From positions 1 to 64,000 of the forward strand of contig JAAILG010001027.1 of NCBI GenBank assembly GCA_012026655.1: a stretch of 64,000 bases of DNA. Reading direction: 5' to 3'. Of the stretch, positions 11,701 to 25,445 are shown piece by piece (positions within the stretch are counted from its first letter, which is position 1; every line of letters begins with the position of its first letter). This DNA is from Hydrolagus affinis. Taxonomy: Eukaryota. The position numbers and the translations under genes were made by a program. Below the pieces are notes generated by a model. The model did no database searches. It was not told where the DNA came from and was given only the letters and a program-made list of their open reading frames with translations.

Positions 11701-12717
11701 ACTGTGGAAAATCAGCTGAGTGATAAATTTGAGTGGTTTGTTCATACTTATTACCAAAAGGGCCTTAATGCATAGACATAAGACTTCATGACTGCACTGT
11801 AAAATTAACACATTTAAGACTACCGAATAATAAAATGCACTGAACTTTCATTCAAAAGGATATTTTTTCATATTCATGTTTAATAATTATAATAGTACAG
11901 TACAGAATAACAGTTGCCAGTTCATTGTCAATCAAAACAATTCTATGCTACAATATTGCTGCATTAAACACATTGCAACAATGTTACTACAATGCAATCC
12001 CATTTAAATTAAGATTATAAAGTAATGAGAAAAAAACTGTTTATAAAACAACAAGCAAGTTCCCACAGACTAATTAATTAGTAGCAAATTTTAATAAAAT
12101 ATATATTCTGAGGTTTACCAATTAAACTCCTTTGGAACTGAAAACATACATCAAATGTAATTAGGTTATTGTATTTCAGTGCTTTGCCATATGCTACATA
12201 TACTGACAACTGAACATATTTATATGAAGGAAGAGAAACTAACATGTTAGTGACAAAAGCATAGCACTAAAATATTTTCTAACTTGCATAAATGTTACAA
12301 TGGTTTATGTTTTATGAGTGTCCAGGTTCATAGCATTTTAATATTGTTTGTACAACAACTTTCATTTATATAGGCCCTCAATGCTAGGGGGCATCTCAAG
12401 AGCTCGAAATTAAATTGTACAGGTAAAACCAATCAGGCTCTGCCCTGCTTATTCATAGAAATTAAGGTACATGTGTCCAAACAGGGTAACCTAAGTGATA
12501 GTGCTTCATTGGGTTTAAAGAGCAGCCCCATATACTGTACGCCAAAAAAGTTGCTGAGAATGACCTGCAACAGACAATGAATAATAAATGAACATCCAAA
12601 ATGTATAAGAATGAAAGCATCTCAAGACCAATGCAAGGGAGACAATAAAGGTAAAGTTCTGTGTGCAGAGAGGGCTACTTTTTCCAAATATACTATTACC
12701 AGAGAGACCATAGGATA

Positions 12718-12845
12718 CAACAACAACAATATTACATTTGTAAGTGCTTTTTACATCGGGAGGATGCCCAAGGTGCTGAACATTCAGGGGCCAGAATCCA
12801 AGCATGGGGGAGGGGTGTGCAGGGAGGGCAGAGAGATAGGATGGT
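12718..12845 (-). mobile_element. L2-clade LINE 3' end (tail family A)
   Basis: (CAA)n-ATTACATTTGTA...GGAGGATGCCCAAGGTGCTG, shared with about a dozen other copies in the window. Confidence 0.8.
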
Positions 12846-13507
12846 GCCTGAAGGCACGGTCGAAAAAAGATAATATTTTTGCTAGGATAACCTGGATACT
12901 CATGAGAAGTGATGGATAGAATGTTATATATTTAACTCATAACCATCCAACAGCTCCTTCAGAACCTACAACTTTGCTTTGCTGAAACTTAATTTTGTCT
13001 CTCTTGGTGTTTGCTTGGCTACAGTTTCAGGGATACGTACACACACCTTGCTCAACTGTCATTCTCACAGCCGGTCCTCATCCTATCCTCACTTGCTGTC
13101 ATTAACACATAAACACTTTCTCTGTGTGTGGTTGTCTGGGTGGGGGTGAATAGCTTTGAGGAGCAGCAGGAACCATGGCTGTTATGTCCCCTTCTTTTCA
13201 AATGAATGAAAAGTGTCCCGCTTGTTGTTTCTTTTTGGCCATTTGAAAAGTTGCTTGCAGCTGGAACTTCATAAGCAGCACTCGCTAGGCACATCCATTT
13301 CAATATAAGTAAGCTGCATTTTGTTTTCCTTACTCAAGGAAGTACTTCCTTACTTTGGTAATCACCAAAGCTGTTGTCTTGCATCACACTTTAAATAGCG
13401 AAGCACTCGGTAATGATAAAACTGCACCAAGAGTAAGAAGCAATTAAGGTTCAAGAAAAGCGGATTGAAGAGATAGAAAAGCTTAAATTTCAAATGTTAA
13501 AAGCTGA

Positions 13508-13863
13508 CAGGGTATAAATGAGAGAAATCATAGGGAATAGCATACCTCTGTCTAGGACAGGTATGGGGAAGCAATCGCTTATTTGAATTAAATTCTACCT
13601 GCCTAAATAGCAATCAAAATGCTTTCAAATACAAAGACATCTCAAATAGTTTCACAACAGGCCAAATTGTTGCCTTCTCAAATCACATTTGAGTCAAACT
13701 CTGCTGTAGTAGTCTTTATCGTGTTCTTTGTGACATGATCTTAAGTTAAATAATGAGGTTCTGACATATGTGCCTTGGGGACAGGGTTACAATAAATCTG
13801 TGTCTGTCCCAGCATATTTTTGCCTGTCCTGGACAGGCAGATGGGTGTTTATTTCTTGCACTG
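13508..13863. mobile_element. Possible old hAT-type MITE
   Basis: Ends CAGGGTATAAAT / ATTTCTTGCACTG; mirrored subterminal CTGTC..GGACAGG motifs at ~13548 and 13821-13839. Confidence 0.35.
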
Positions 13864-14896
13864 GTGGTGTTCACTATACCTTTATTGTCAAGGATTCATG
13901 GAGGATGTCATAACATTAGATAATGCCTTGTATGTCATGACATGACAGAACTAGTAATTCTTAGCTATGGGATTTAGTTGGGAGTAGTTAGCACATGTGG
14001 AATTGCTGAATGTTCTGCAGTACTAATAGTTTATTTTGCATGAAGTGCAGAATAACTAATAAAATCAATGATTAAAAAATATATAGCACAATAATGGAAG
14101 CAAAAAAACTTGGCATTGAAAATGAGGATGGGTATCATTTAATGGGTAGATATAATTCCTAAGTTTTCTCCCACATTGGCTAATCCTTAAATCTACAATT
14201 CTGCAGTTATAAAAGGGAAAATGCACTTACCCATAAAAGTAATCTACTCAAGATAGAAGCAGTGCTTTATCTTTGCTTGCTCATAACCCTGAAAATGGAT
14301 GCTATCTAAATTCTGTATTAATTTAATGTAGGTATTCTATATTCTCTACCAGAAGATCTCCAAAGGGGGTTCTTCACTTGATCTCATATTTGATGTTAAA
14401 GTTCTATCTTCACTAAATTGTAAAATGCCAGTCTTTCAAAATATGTATGTACTTCAAAACCTACCTTGACTTAGTGTAAATACACAGATTGCTCTCTAGA
14501 CTGGATAAGATGCTAGGATGGTATTTACTATGAACAGAATCAATGTGAATGAAAACTGTAAAATATTAACCCCTGACCATGCTCACAATAAATAAACTTT
14601 AGTATCTGTATTAATTGCTACTATACCTTAGCTATATTTGCCAGAATCAGCTATGTGGAAGAGATTCCACTTTTCCACTTCACAATTCCAAAGCTAATCA
14701 CCAGCTAACATCCTAGTCTATTATATAGTATTTCTATATGAAGCATAATACACTTTGAATGATTTTCAATTGAATTAAACCTTAGAACTTTCTGCCACTG
14801 CAAGTATTTCCATGATAAAAACCAATAGTTTGTACATATTAACATATAACAAGTAATGTAGGCTTGAACCAATGGTATACCGAAGAAGGCAATATC

Positions 14897-14955
14897 AACA
14901 ACAAACAACAAATTACATTTATAGAGCGCCTTTCACTTCGGGAGGACGTCCTTAA
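14897..14955 (-). mobile_element. L2-clade 3' tail (family A), ~60 nt
   Basis: AATTACATTTATAGAGCGCCTTTCACTTCGGGAGGACGTCC. Confidence 0.85.
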
Positions 14956-15880
14956 GAGGCAAGGCCAAATAATTATTCTTCCAAATCATTTCCAAATCAA
15001 TACTTTCTTATCAACTAAAATTATTCAGAAGCACAACTGATCTGAACAAATCAGTTTTGAAAAGGCAAAGAGGATGGGGAAATGAATTATAATTCTTCAT
15101 AAATGTTTGATTTTTATTTTGAAAGAAAAGGCTGAAAGTGAAAATAATGCTTGAGGCGTATTTAATGAATTGTGTATCGGCAACTCAAAGTTATGTAATT
15201 GGTGAAAAAGGCAATGATGCACAAGATTGTTTCTGTTCTGTCGATGGATACTTAAAGAGAAAGCATATGGAAAAACCAAAGCTTTGTTTCAATTGTACAT
15301 TGTAGAAATGAAAAAAAGCATATTTCAATTTATTGGACACCTATGTAACTACACGTGATATCTTTAATCAGCTGTTCACCACTCTGTAAGGAAATATTAA
15401 TCTTTTGTGTTTTGTATTTTCACCGTTGTAAATATTTGCCGTTTCTGTAGCAGATCTGCTAGTACAATGAAATTTATATTGGTTGAATTAAGAAAAAAAA
15501 GTCTGACTCCAACTCTGCTTCCAACAGCAATATATTGACTGCATAAATTTTGTGCCTTATTTATTATTTACTGTTCTTGATACCAACAGTGGTATCATTC
15601 ATGGATGTACATATAACTAGATTAATGTACAAATTATTTGTGAACAATAAAATACAAGTAAGTTCATAAGATACCCAAGATGGAATAATGGAAACATGTG
15701 GAATGTATGGATCAGAATGAACCTGTGCGAAATGTATGATGAAGTGTACTTTGATGCTTTTTTAATGTAAAGTAATTCCAGATCATAAAGGTATATGTTT
15801 TGCCATTATTTGTGAATATAGTGAAACATTAACACCTTCCATATGGAAATATCAAAAAGAAAATAATAATTGACACAAAG

Positions 15881-16125
15881 CAACAACAAAATTACATTTG
15901 TATTATAATAATCCTTGCATTTGATATAGTGCTTTTCACATCTTATCGACATATCAAAGCACTTCACAGAATATACTGTAAAGTGAATTGACTGTATATT
16001 TATGCCTTTCACTTTGGGAAGATGTCCCAAGGTGCTGGACAGTCAATGGTTTGGACCCGAGCTGGGTGCAGGATTGGAGTGGGTAGAGCGAAGAGAGGAC
16101 CGATGGCATGGTAGAAGAGGAGGGT
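15881..16125 (-). mobile_element. L2-clade 3' end (family A) interrupted by a SINE 3' fragment (~15903-16000)
   Basis: Tail consensus is split at ATTACATTTGTA | TATGCCTTTC by the SINE tail; the downstream part matches the copy at 58790. Confidence 0.85.
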
Positions 16126-19100
16126 CATTGTTCGAAGCAGATCATTGTTCGAACATGAGGAATTATGATCAGTTTACTGGTGTGTTTACAAATATACATA
16201 CAGTGTTATGTTAAGATGTAAATGTTGTAGGGGAAAATATATTTTAGAACTTTTAGAAGTTCCACAAAATGTACGTAAATATTTCGTGTATTTCATATAT
16301 TATTTTAAAATGAACATGTACTGATTTGAATTCAGCCTTTTCACCTGCTGAATCCCAGCCAAGCTGTTTTGGTCAGAGTTGTAGCTTTGTCTGACACTCT
16401 TGTCTGCCTACTGCTTTTGGGGGTTATTTGATCAGTTCTCAGATGGGCTGCTAGGTGGAGCATGCAGCAATGGAATGATCCATCTGGGTGGGAGGGAAAT
16501 CTATCCGGACGTCTAGTCCTGCAATAAGTACACCTACTGTTGAATGAACAACATTCATCTTATTCAAAAAAAAATTCATGTTACTCAGGTAAGATTGAAC
16601 TTCTTGTGTGATTGAAAGAGATTTAGGTATCAAGCAGCTGTTGTCAGGAATGATAGTCAAAAAACTGGGATTAAAAGTAAAATTTGTGAATAATATTTTA
16701 ATCCAGTTTATAATCTACTTTTTCTAAATTCAACTTTATCTTTCTTCGTTAAAATCTCCCATGGATTATACTTATTCATTTTACAGCTTCCTTCATACAG
16801 CAGATTGAGAAGTCTGGACTATTGATTAAATGGTCTATGCCAAGAATGCCCAATGGTTGGAGTAGGATGAACCAATGCCCCAATTTTTTGTTGGTTTCCT
16901 TAAAATATTTAGAGACAATAATTCCTGTGTGTACATGTAGGAAAATAGTATTTATCCGGACAGGGCATTTTTCACATGGCATTTTTTTGTCTCTTGGAGA
17001 TGGGACATTTTTTTTGCCATCTCCACAACAAGAACACTTTGTGCAGCAGTTTTTATAAACTTTACTTTGCACACAGATCATTTGTTTATGCCACTGAACC
17101 CAAATCTTAATTTTGTTAAATATTTCAGAACATATAAAACTGACTGGTAAAAGTATCCACCTTCTTTTGTGAATGAAACAAATTATGTAGAGTTTATTCT
17201 GCTGGGTTTGGTAAATGTTGCAAATTCATTGCTGTGTGCTGGGCTGTTCTACATTTACCAGTAGTACATTTAAGTGAATTTTCTACAGAGCAGAATGACC
17301 CATTTGTTTGCATTTAGTTAAGTACATTGATAAGAAATAGTTTGGCTGCAAAGATGAATAATACTGGTAGGTTTATCTGCAGAGTACAAAATGCTATTGG
17401 TTTGTAAAGTAATTACACTATGTTTTTTCATAACACAAAACAATGTATTCCCGTTTTATTTTCATTGTGGATTCTGTATAATTTTACTAGAAATATTTGT
17501 AGAGAGATTCCCAATATTGCTAGTTTAAAACTGGTGGGAAAATTACAATTCTCAACAGTTCAGCCTTATTAGCGATCATCAATAACTGATAATAGTCACT
17601 GAATCCAGTTGTGCCTATTTCACGAGGGACTTGATTCTGGAAGAACTGTATTCTTTGATTGCCCTGTGCACCCACCTGACATGGCACACACCATGTTTGT
17701 GACACTGTTATGTGAATCTAATTCAGCAATCTTTTGAGCTTCTCTGTAGATAAAAACAAACTAAAGTACTGAAGGGTATCAAGAGACATAATTGGATGTA
17801 AACAGATGAAAGGAATACTGTTATTCAATTTACAAGCCACATTTGCCATTGTCTCATTTCTAAAGCTCCCCAGGTTTTCGCTTTCTCTGATGAGTGTAGG
17901 CTAGTCCCAACTGTATAGCATTATTTTATAACGTGAAATGGTCTTCTCTGTGGACTCTTCTGTCCACGAGCACACACAAAAATAATTACTCTTTCATCAA
18001 AGTTTAATTACATGATGCTATTAAAACCTGACAAAAGGCTGAATATTCATGTTTAAAAGACACAGGCTACACAGCAACCTACACGACAGCCTGGACCTTA
18101 GTTCAGAGATTGTCTGTGTTTACATTACTACTAGTTGGACAATTTGAAATTACACTTAAACCTAGGCACTGTGTTATTTTATCAATAGAGGCAAATGTAT
18201 TAAATAGGCTATGATATTTCAAAAAGGAAAAAAATAAAGCAACAAATAGTACAGTAACTGCAGAATAATTGTTCAATTGCCAGAGGACATCTAGTGTATT
18301 AAATAATGCAAATATATTTGTTTGATTGAGCCAAGTAATAACCTTATTTAAATGCCATTTCCTAGTGAAATTATAAGATAGATGCTCTCCTTATTTGTTT
18401 AAATCAGAAACAGTTACAGATATACCATGATTCCTCCCTCAGTGGTTCAGGTTAACTTTTTAAGGCATGAAAGTGTGGGTTAATTGGGGAAATAACCATT
18501 GAAATTATAGAAATTATCTAAGTAACAAAATCAAAACAACAGTTGAAAGCAATACTGTGCAATGAGCCTTCTTTTAACAATCCATTTGGAACCTGTCGTG
18601 AAAGTGGAGCAGAACAGAATGACAAAACAGCAATACTAAGTTTTTTTTATGCTCTTAAGCAAATTTAAATTACGATTCTAGCTTTGAACAAATACAATAA
18701 TTTGTGTGGATGGATTTTATTTGAGTACTGTAGAATCTATATCTTATGGGAGGAAAAGGTTTCTTTTTAAGAGAAAGCGAACGAACCTTTGAAAAGGGAA
18801 GCCAATGTGCAACAATGTGGGTATTTCTTCTGAAACATCCTTGGAGCTGTGGTTCAATGTGACCTAGCGTGGTTCCTTGATGCACAATATGAGTTATTAT
18901 TCTTGAAATGGCAATGGACAGAGGAGCAACACCACCTTGCCCGTCTGCAGTGAATCATTTCTAGTAATGTAGTAATGACATGAGCCACCAGAAACATTTT
19001 GAGGGGTTTATTGTCAAGTTTTTCTGCTGTGCTGTGAACATTCTCAGAAACTCTGCTTGTCGACATTCATTGTGCTTAAAAACGTGCATGCAACATTTAC

Positions 19101-20226
19101 AAGAATGGAAAATTACATACCAGAATCACTCCTTTGTGCACACAATTGTTGCAATTAATTTTGCCCATTGATGCCTACATTTTGAAGGCTTCATACCTAT
19201 TATTATGCTTACAGAAATATAGCAATTGTAATATAAGAGCATACTATATGTGTATTCTCATGATTGTACAATACATAGACTTCAGTGTCAGGCTGTGCTC
19301 TCATTAGGGGCTCATTTCATAGTATGGTACAAACAAATTCTCATTCATGGCACATGTCATTGGGGGAAACAACTGTCCACAAAGAACATTAGACACTAAA
19401 AAGTAATTTGTTCCTTCGAGCCCGATAGCTCCAAGTCTGTTTGAACTTCCTTTGCCAAAACATTTGCCTATGAATACACATAGTTACTATACTTGACATC
19501 AATTGCCATTAGAGTACTTTGAGATATTTCAATATTATAGGTTCTGTGTCAAGTGCAAGTTATATTTTTATTATCAAAGTCTAATTTAACAAGCAATAAG
19601 CAATTGCACCAAGATTTAGAAGCTTTGTGTCCAGTTTAGATTATTAAGCCTCTGCACTTTAATTGCCTTTACTGAATATTTCTTAATATTAATGAAGTAT
19701 TAAATGCACCAATTAACTAATAATGCCTTTGATATTAACTTTAGCATACAGTGTATGTTAGGGCCATTTGGAGCACTGCAGTGGCATTTTGTATACATAA
19801 ATAAAAGTTTGAAAGAAATAAATGAGTTCAGTGCAGAGAAGATTCATCCGCTATACAACCTGTAGACCACCCAGGGTTGAACTGGGAGCAAAATGGTGAA
19901 ACAAAATATTCCAATGGCCATTACTTCGTTGAGCATAAAATGAAAATAATAAGTAAAATATATTTTATAAATGTTAATCTTTTTAGAGAATAACTGTTTT
20001 GGTGGTGTTAGAAGATTGGTATGCTTCTCTGCATGTAGCTTCTAGAGCTTTGCTAGTCTTGCAGAAGGGAAGTCAGAACACATATCTTCAACCAAGGCCT
20101 CTGTCGTAGACTGTATTGGTGCATGTTGGAAGTAGGCTTCTAGTCTGAGCTTCTTGATTGGAAATGCACTAATAATATGAAGGTGAGAAACCCAATTGAG
20201 TGAAATAATTACCAAAAGTAGGGGAG

Positions 20227-20227
<1 letters not shown>

Positions 20228-20259
<32 letters not shown>

Positions 20260-20278
20260 CCAACCAACCAACCAATCA
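20228..20278. repeat. Compound (AATC)n(AACC)n microsatellite, apparently a retroposon tail
   Basis: Read directly; abuts the L2-type tail at 20279. Confidence 0.9.
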
Positions 20279-20765
20279 AAACTTACATTTATATAGCGCC
20301 TTTCACGTCTAAAGGACGTCCCAAGGTGCTGTACAGTTAGTTAGGGACAAGAGCAAGGGTGAGGGGTCGGGGTAGGACGAAGAAGAGTCGGAAAATTGAC
20401 TGTGTATTTGTGGGCGAAACGTGGCAGCCAAATTGCACACAGCAGTGTCGCACAAACAATCATGGAAGTGGGATTAAGGGAAATGGGGGGGGGGAAAAAT
20501 GGCAACGGGAGGGGTCGGGGCAGGGGGAAGGAGAGCAGGAAAGCTAACAACAACAACAAAATTACACTTGCATAGTGTCAGGAGGCTCCAGCCTGCTCCA
20601 CGTCCTCCTGACCCACCCATCCCACCATTTGCAGGCAAGCCTTAAAAAGATATAAGATGATTTATCTTTCTGTGGTTTTGTGTTTTAACAACAATAACAA
20701 CAACAAAATTACACCTGTATAGCGGGTTTCACGTTGGGAGGACGTCCCAAGGCGATGGACAATTA
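20279..20765 (-). mobile_element. Cluster of three L2-type tails plus an embedded SINE-shared segment (20395-20467)
   Basis: Tails at ~20279, ~20546 and ~20687; GGCGAAACGTGGCAGCCAAATTGCACACAGCAGTGTC matches the SINE body. Confidence 0.8.
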
Positions 20766-22624
20766 GTGTTTCAGTTTTAGCTGTAATGCTTAATATTAAG
20801 CATTAGAAATGCTTAACCATATTTTTATGCTGGGTGTTATGTGGTGGTTTTGCAAACTACAAATACTAAGAGGGTGAAAAAAAGAGCAATATGCTCTATC
20901 ACTAAACATATTTGCTAATTCATTTCCCTGCTATCTGTGCAAATAAAAAGCCCCAGGGAACCACAAAGCATGTGGACATGTCCTTTTTCTGTACTGTGGT
21001 ACTGTATATGATAATTTGTAGCAGTCACACTTGTTTCAAAATGAGATCACACAGGTCCTTTGGGTGTGATTGAAAAATCAGTTTTGTTGAACATGAGCTT
21101 TTTTAAAAAAAAATTCAGGGACATGTTTTTTTTCAAATTCTTATCCAGTTTCAGATATTCTTCAGGATTTTGGGGCATCATTTTTTGACCGGCTCAAATA
21201 TATTATTCAGAAACTGCCTTTCCTCTAAAATCCCACAACATGTAGTATTTTCATCTGAAACTGTAAATAAATATAGGTGACACAATTTGTCAGGAATGAT
21301 CGTGGCACTTTTATAGCTTTTGTAATCCTCACACACATTCCTATTAATTCCAGTGACCCTTTTTAATTTATGCGCATATTTTTGACAGAGATGATCAGTC
21401 TTTGTCTTGGGTGCTTTTGAAGTCATTACAAATATACAGACCTTCTCCTGGGTTTTATTTATAGAGAAACTTAACCCTATTCCAACTAGTTCCTATGGTA
21501 GTAGATGGCATCTGACGCAAATGGGGTTACAATTTGTTTTAATCTAATCCAGAATGATTTATCTGTTACAGTATGATGGATTTTTTTTATTTTGTGCAGT
21601 TATCCATTGTATGTTTTCACCTTAAAGTAATTATCTGCACCTTTCTCATGAGTAAAACAGCTTTCAGATGTAGCTGTTTGATATAAACTGTATCTGATCA
21701 AACATCTGATCAATTCATGTAGCGCTAAAAAGCATCAGATATTTTTCTTATTTTTAAATGGTAATTTGATAACATTTTCAGCATTTATGGAAAAAATATT
21801 CTCCTTGTTTTTTTTCTTAAATACGATAGATGCAACTGATTTTTTTTTTAAAAAAGAAAACACATTCCTATTCAGAGATACAGTTTTCAAGATGTTTCTG
21901 AAATGTATCTGGCAAAATAATGTTTTGATACGAGCATCAGTTCCCAGCATTCTTTGGCTCCATTTATAGCCCTAGAAATGACAAAAAGATTCTGAAAGGC
22001 CAGCCACATGTGGTGATACTTGAAAGCCATCTTTTTTAACATTTAAAATGCCTTATTTTCCAAATTGGATGATACTTTTCCAACAGTTATTATGCACTGT
22101 AGGAACTATTCTTACATTGTCACTTTAAACAATAAGGGCAATGAATCCTAAGAATGGTTAGCCCTTGGCCCGTTTCTACTTCATCTCAAGTTTAATGCAT
22201 TGGCAATCCTCATGAAAATGTTGTTAAAGACACACACATGTTTGTTTTAAATAATTAGGTAATCCAATTCTTAGAACACACTTACTAACATAATTACTGC
22301 TGCAAATGTTAGAGAGCCTTTAGATAGTTTGTGCTTCATGTTGATTGTTGGTAAATTCCATGCAGATTACTTATTGTGCATTTTGAATCCTGTTTAATAC
22401 ATGTTTAACATTTTAAACATTGAATTACAGTCTCAGGGATTCTACTTCGAATATCAAATTAGAATATCCTTACAAATCACAGAGAGATAATAATAATCGT
22501 TACATTTGGTATGGAGCCTTTCATGTTGGCAGAACATTTCCTCCACCCTTGGAAATTTCTGTCTTGAAAAGACTAAGGGTGACATAATTTGCAACCCTTC
22601 AAATCACTTCTCTCCTAATGAAGT

Positions 22625-22933
22625 TAATAATCCTTGCATTTGATATAAGGCTTTTCATGCCTTCTAGATGCCACAAATCACTTCACAGAATATGCTGCAA
22701 AGTGAATTGATGTATGTTTTGTGGGCGAAACGCAGCAGCCATTTGCGCATAGCAGTGTCCCACAAACAGTCATGGATTGAAATGACTGACTTATTATTGA
22801 TTTTGTTTCTTGAGAAATTATTATCAGGCATATGGAGTTAGGAAACTTGCCCAAGGTTTTGTCTAATTGGAATCAAATCCAGGCCTATCGCTTGCGAGGC
22901 GAGTGCTCTAATTACTGAGCTACAGGGGACTCC
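22625..22933 (-). mobile_element. tRNA-derived SINE, near full length with an internal deletion
   Basis: Reverse complement of the 9621 family, from tail TAATAATCCTTGCA to head GAGCTACAGGGGACTCC. Confidence 0.9.
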
Positions 22934-22939
22934 GACAAA

Positions 22940-23290
22940 GATGATAAAGATGTTAAAAATTGTGAAGGGTTTGGAACATTTAGATAAAGATACATTTGTT
23001 TGCCATATTAGAGAATTCAGTAACAATGGGACATAGTTTTAAAAGAAGCACAACAAGGCAAATAGGAAATGCAATAGAAACATTTTTAGTAAAAGGATAT
23101 TATGCTTGTGGTACAAACTAATGTCAGTGGTGGTGGAACAGGAACTCTAAAGGGATTCAAAAAGGAACTAGACAAGTTTTTAGAAATAAAAAGGAATCAG
23201 GGTCATTATATGATAAGATAAATGTGTTGAGTGGATCTTTTAGGATGTTGGATGGGTAGCTAGATGGATGAATATGCCTGCCTAAAACTG
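22940..23290 (+). mobile_element. CR1 LINE 3' remnant
   Basis: Resembles a CR1 ORF2 end/3'UTR (GGACATAGTTTTAAAA, TTCAAAAAGGAACTAGACAAGTTTTT). Confidence 0.65.
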
Positions 23291-23982
23291 TTACTATGAA
23301 AAGCTCAGATCTATGATGATTCAAAATCCCTTAGGGATTCATTGAGTATGAAAAATTTCCAACTTCTGACCTTCAGAACTCAATTGTGACCTCAGCAGTC
23401 AACAGTTGTGAGATCAGGTCACTCGTTAACATAGTTTTCTTATTCAACAGGTTGCTGAAGGATATCCTCTGTTTATTCAATGAGCTTTAAGTCTGGTTTG
23501 AGAACACTTTGGAATGCAATGCTAAGTGGTGCATTAAGCAGCACCCCATTCTTCTGAGCTGTGTTTAATTTTACTGCAATGACCTTTCATGGTGGGGCAT
23601 TAGTAATAACAAAGATTGCCTCAGTTAGCTTAACATTTACGAAAGAGAATAATAAAAAAAACTGTTCAAACTCGGTGAAAAAACCCTTATCTTTGTTCAA
23701 TCCATTGTCAGTTGAATTAAATAGATATATAATTATCATTTTGAAAAGATCCAATTCTTTACTCTTCTGCAGATCTTTTGTGTGCGCAGCAACTATTATG
23801 CAAATTTATTGTGCAAATAACCCTGCAAATCAAAAAAAAACTTACTCTTCCACTTTTGAAGGCAGTGACTCATGTTTGGCAATGGTTATGATTATCAGTA
23901 GTCATACAGTATCTAAAAAAGGTCATTCTTCATTTCTGAGGTTTGATATTGATTTTTGAGACAAATAAGATTGACTGAGTCC

Positions 23983-24118
23983 AGTTCTGACAAAGGGTTG
24001 TAGACCCGAAACGTTGACTCTTTTTCCTTTCTCCATGGATGCTGCCTGACATGCTGAATTTCCCCAGCAACTTCTTTTTTTGCTTCAGATTCCCAGCAGC
24101 TGTAGTATTTTGTGTTTT
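23983..24118 (+). mobile_element. Penelope-like terminal repeat carrying a decayed minimal hammerhead ribozyme
   Basis: AGTT-CTGACAA-A-GGGT-TGTAG-ACCC-GAAAC-GTT-GACT, followed by GATGCTGCCTGAC.TGCTGA..T.CCAGCA as recalled from chondrichthyan repeats of this type. Confidence 0.7.
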
Positions 24119-24219
24119 GTTTAAGATTCTTGATATCTATTGGTTGCATTGCACTTGAGGTAAATGAGGGTGGGCGGTGGCATTGAATAATGAGCATTAC
24201 TAAAACCTTTTAGTTTCTA

Positions 24220-24326
24220 CTGGTGTCCTGACCAGCGATCACCCAAAATAAAATTGGTCACTCACTCCATATCTGTTTGTGGGACATTGCTGTGTGCAAA
24301 CTGGTTTCCGGGTTTTCCCCACAAAC
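24220..24326 (+). mobile_element. Deu-type SINE 3' fragment
   Basis: CTGTTTGTGGGACATTGCTGTGTGCAAACTGG. Confidence 0.65.
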
Positions 24327-25264
24327 TTTAAAGTCAAAAAAGAACATTTATTGGAGAGTGCAGCTTCAAGAATGCAGCTTAAGAATTTCTTCTATTTTCA
24401 GAATGGTCCAGTCTAATTTAAATTGAGTCCCAAAATATTTACTTGTCTGGAAAATTCATAGCGAAGAGTATTTGTGGACATATACAGTACTTTGAAACAT
24501 TGAGTTGTTAATATATATCCAGAGCTACACCAATGCGGGACCAAGGCAATCTGATCACAGAGGTGATGATCTTTTTTTGGTGGGGGTGGGGGTGGGGGCA
24601 AGAAAGAAGGAGACTGTCAGGTATTGAGCTAGAACTATATGGGAATTATTATGTGGCTAATCTTATTTTTGCTTAGAGAATAATTAAGATCCTTTTTCTC
24701 TCATCAGAATATGAAGTGGTGAATCAGATAAGATTGACTTCATCCCTCTTCTATTAGTCTACTGCTTGCACAGATGGGGACATTGGGATATTTTCTATGC
24801 GTTGTATTTGTAGGGGAAAGCTAGTTGTGTGGCTTTTTGACAGGTATTTTTTCTTAGCCTTGATTATTCAATTAAACTGGCACACATTGAGCAGGTGTCT
24901 GGATATATGCCAGTTTAATTGGATACTGGGGAGTGGGAAAACATATGATATACAACAGGAAAGGAGACACACATGTTAGCTTGAATACCCATCAGACCAA
25001 GCAGACTGGCATGATATATTTGGTGTTATATTTGGTTATATTTGGTGTACAATCTTGAGTTGGTCTGCTTGCATTCTATTGCACATCAGAATGTAAGAGT
25101 TCTCTTCCTTATCTCTTCCAATTCTTCATACCTATTCTCAGATGTTTGGTTTTGTGCGTTATGTGGCATGTATGTTTATCTGCATTGTGGCTTTGATATG
25201 TAAGTGGACGCTGGGCGTCCAGACCCTGGCAAACAGAATCCAATTGTGTGCATGGAGGAAAAAA

Positions 25265-25445
25265 TTAAAAATAATAATAACTTGGTTACTCAATTCACGA
25301 CTGGTTGTGGGATACTGTTGTGCACAATTGGCTGTGGATTTTACCCACAAAATATACAGTTATTCCACTCTGGAGTATATTCTATGAAGTACTTTGGGAC
25401 ATCTCAATATAATAAGGCATTGTAGCAAATGGAAGGATTATTATT
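25265..25445 (+). mobile_element. SINE 3' half (9621 family)
   Basis: Body match plus GAAGG(ATT)n tail. Confidence 0.8.
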
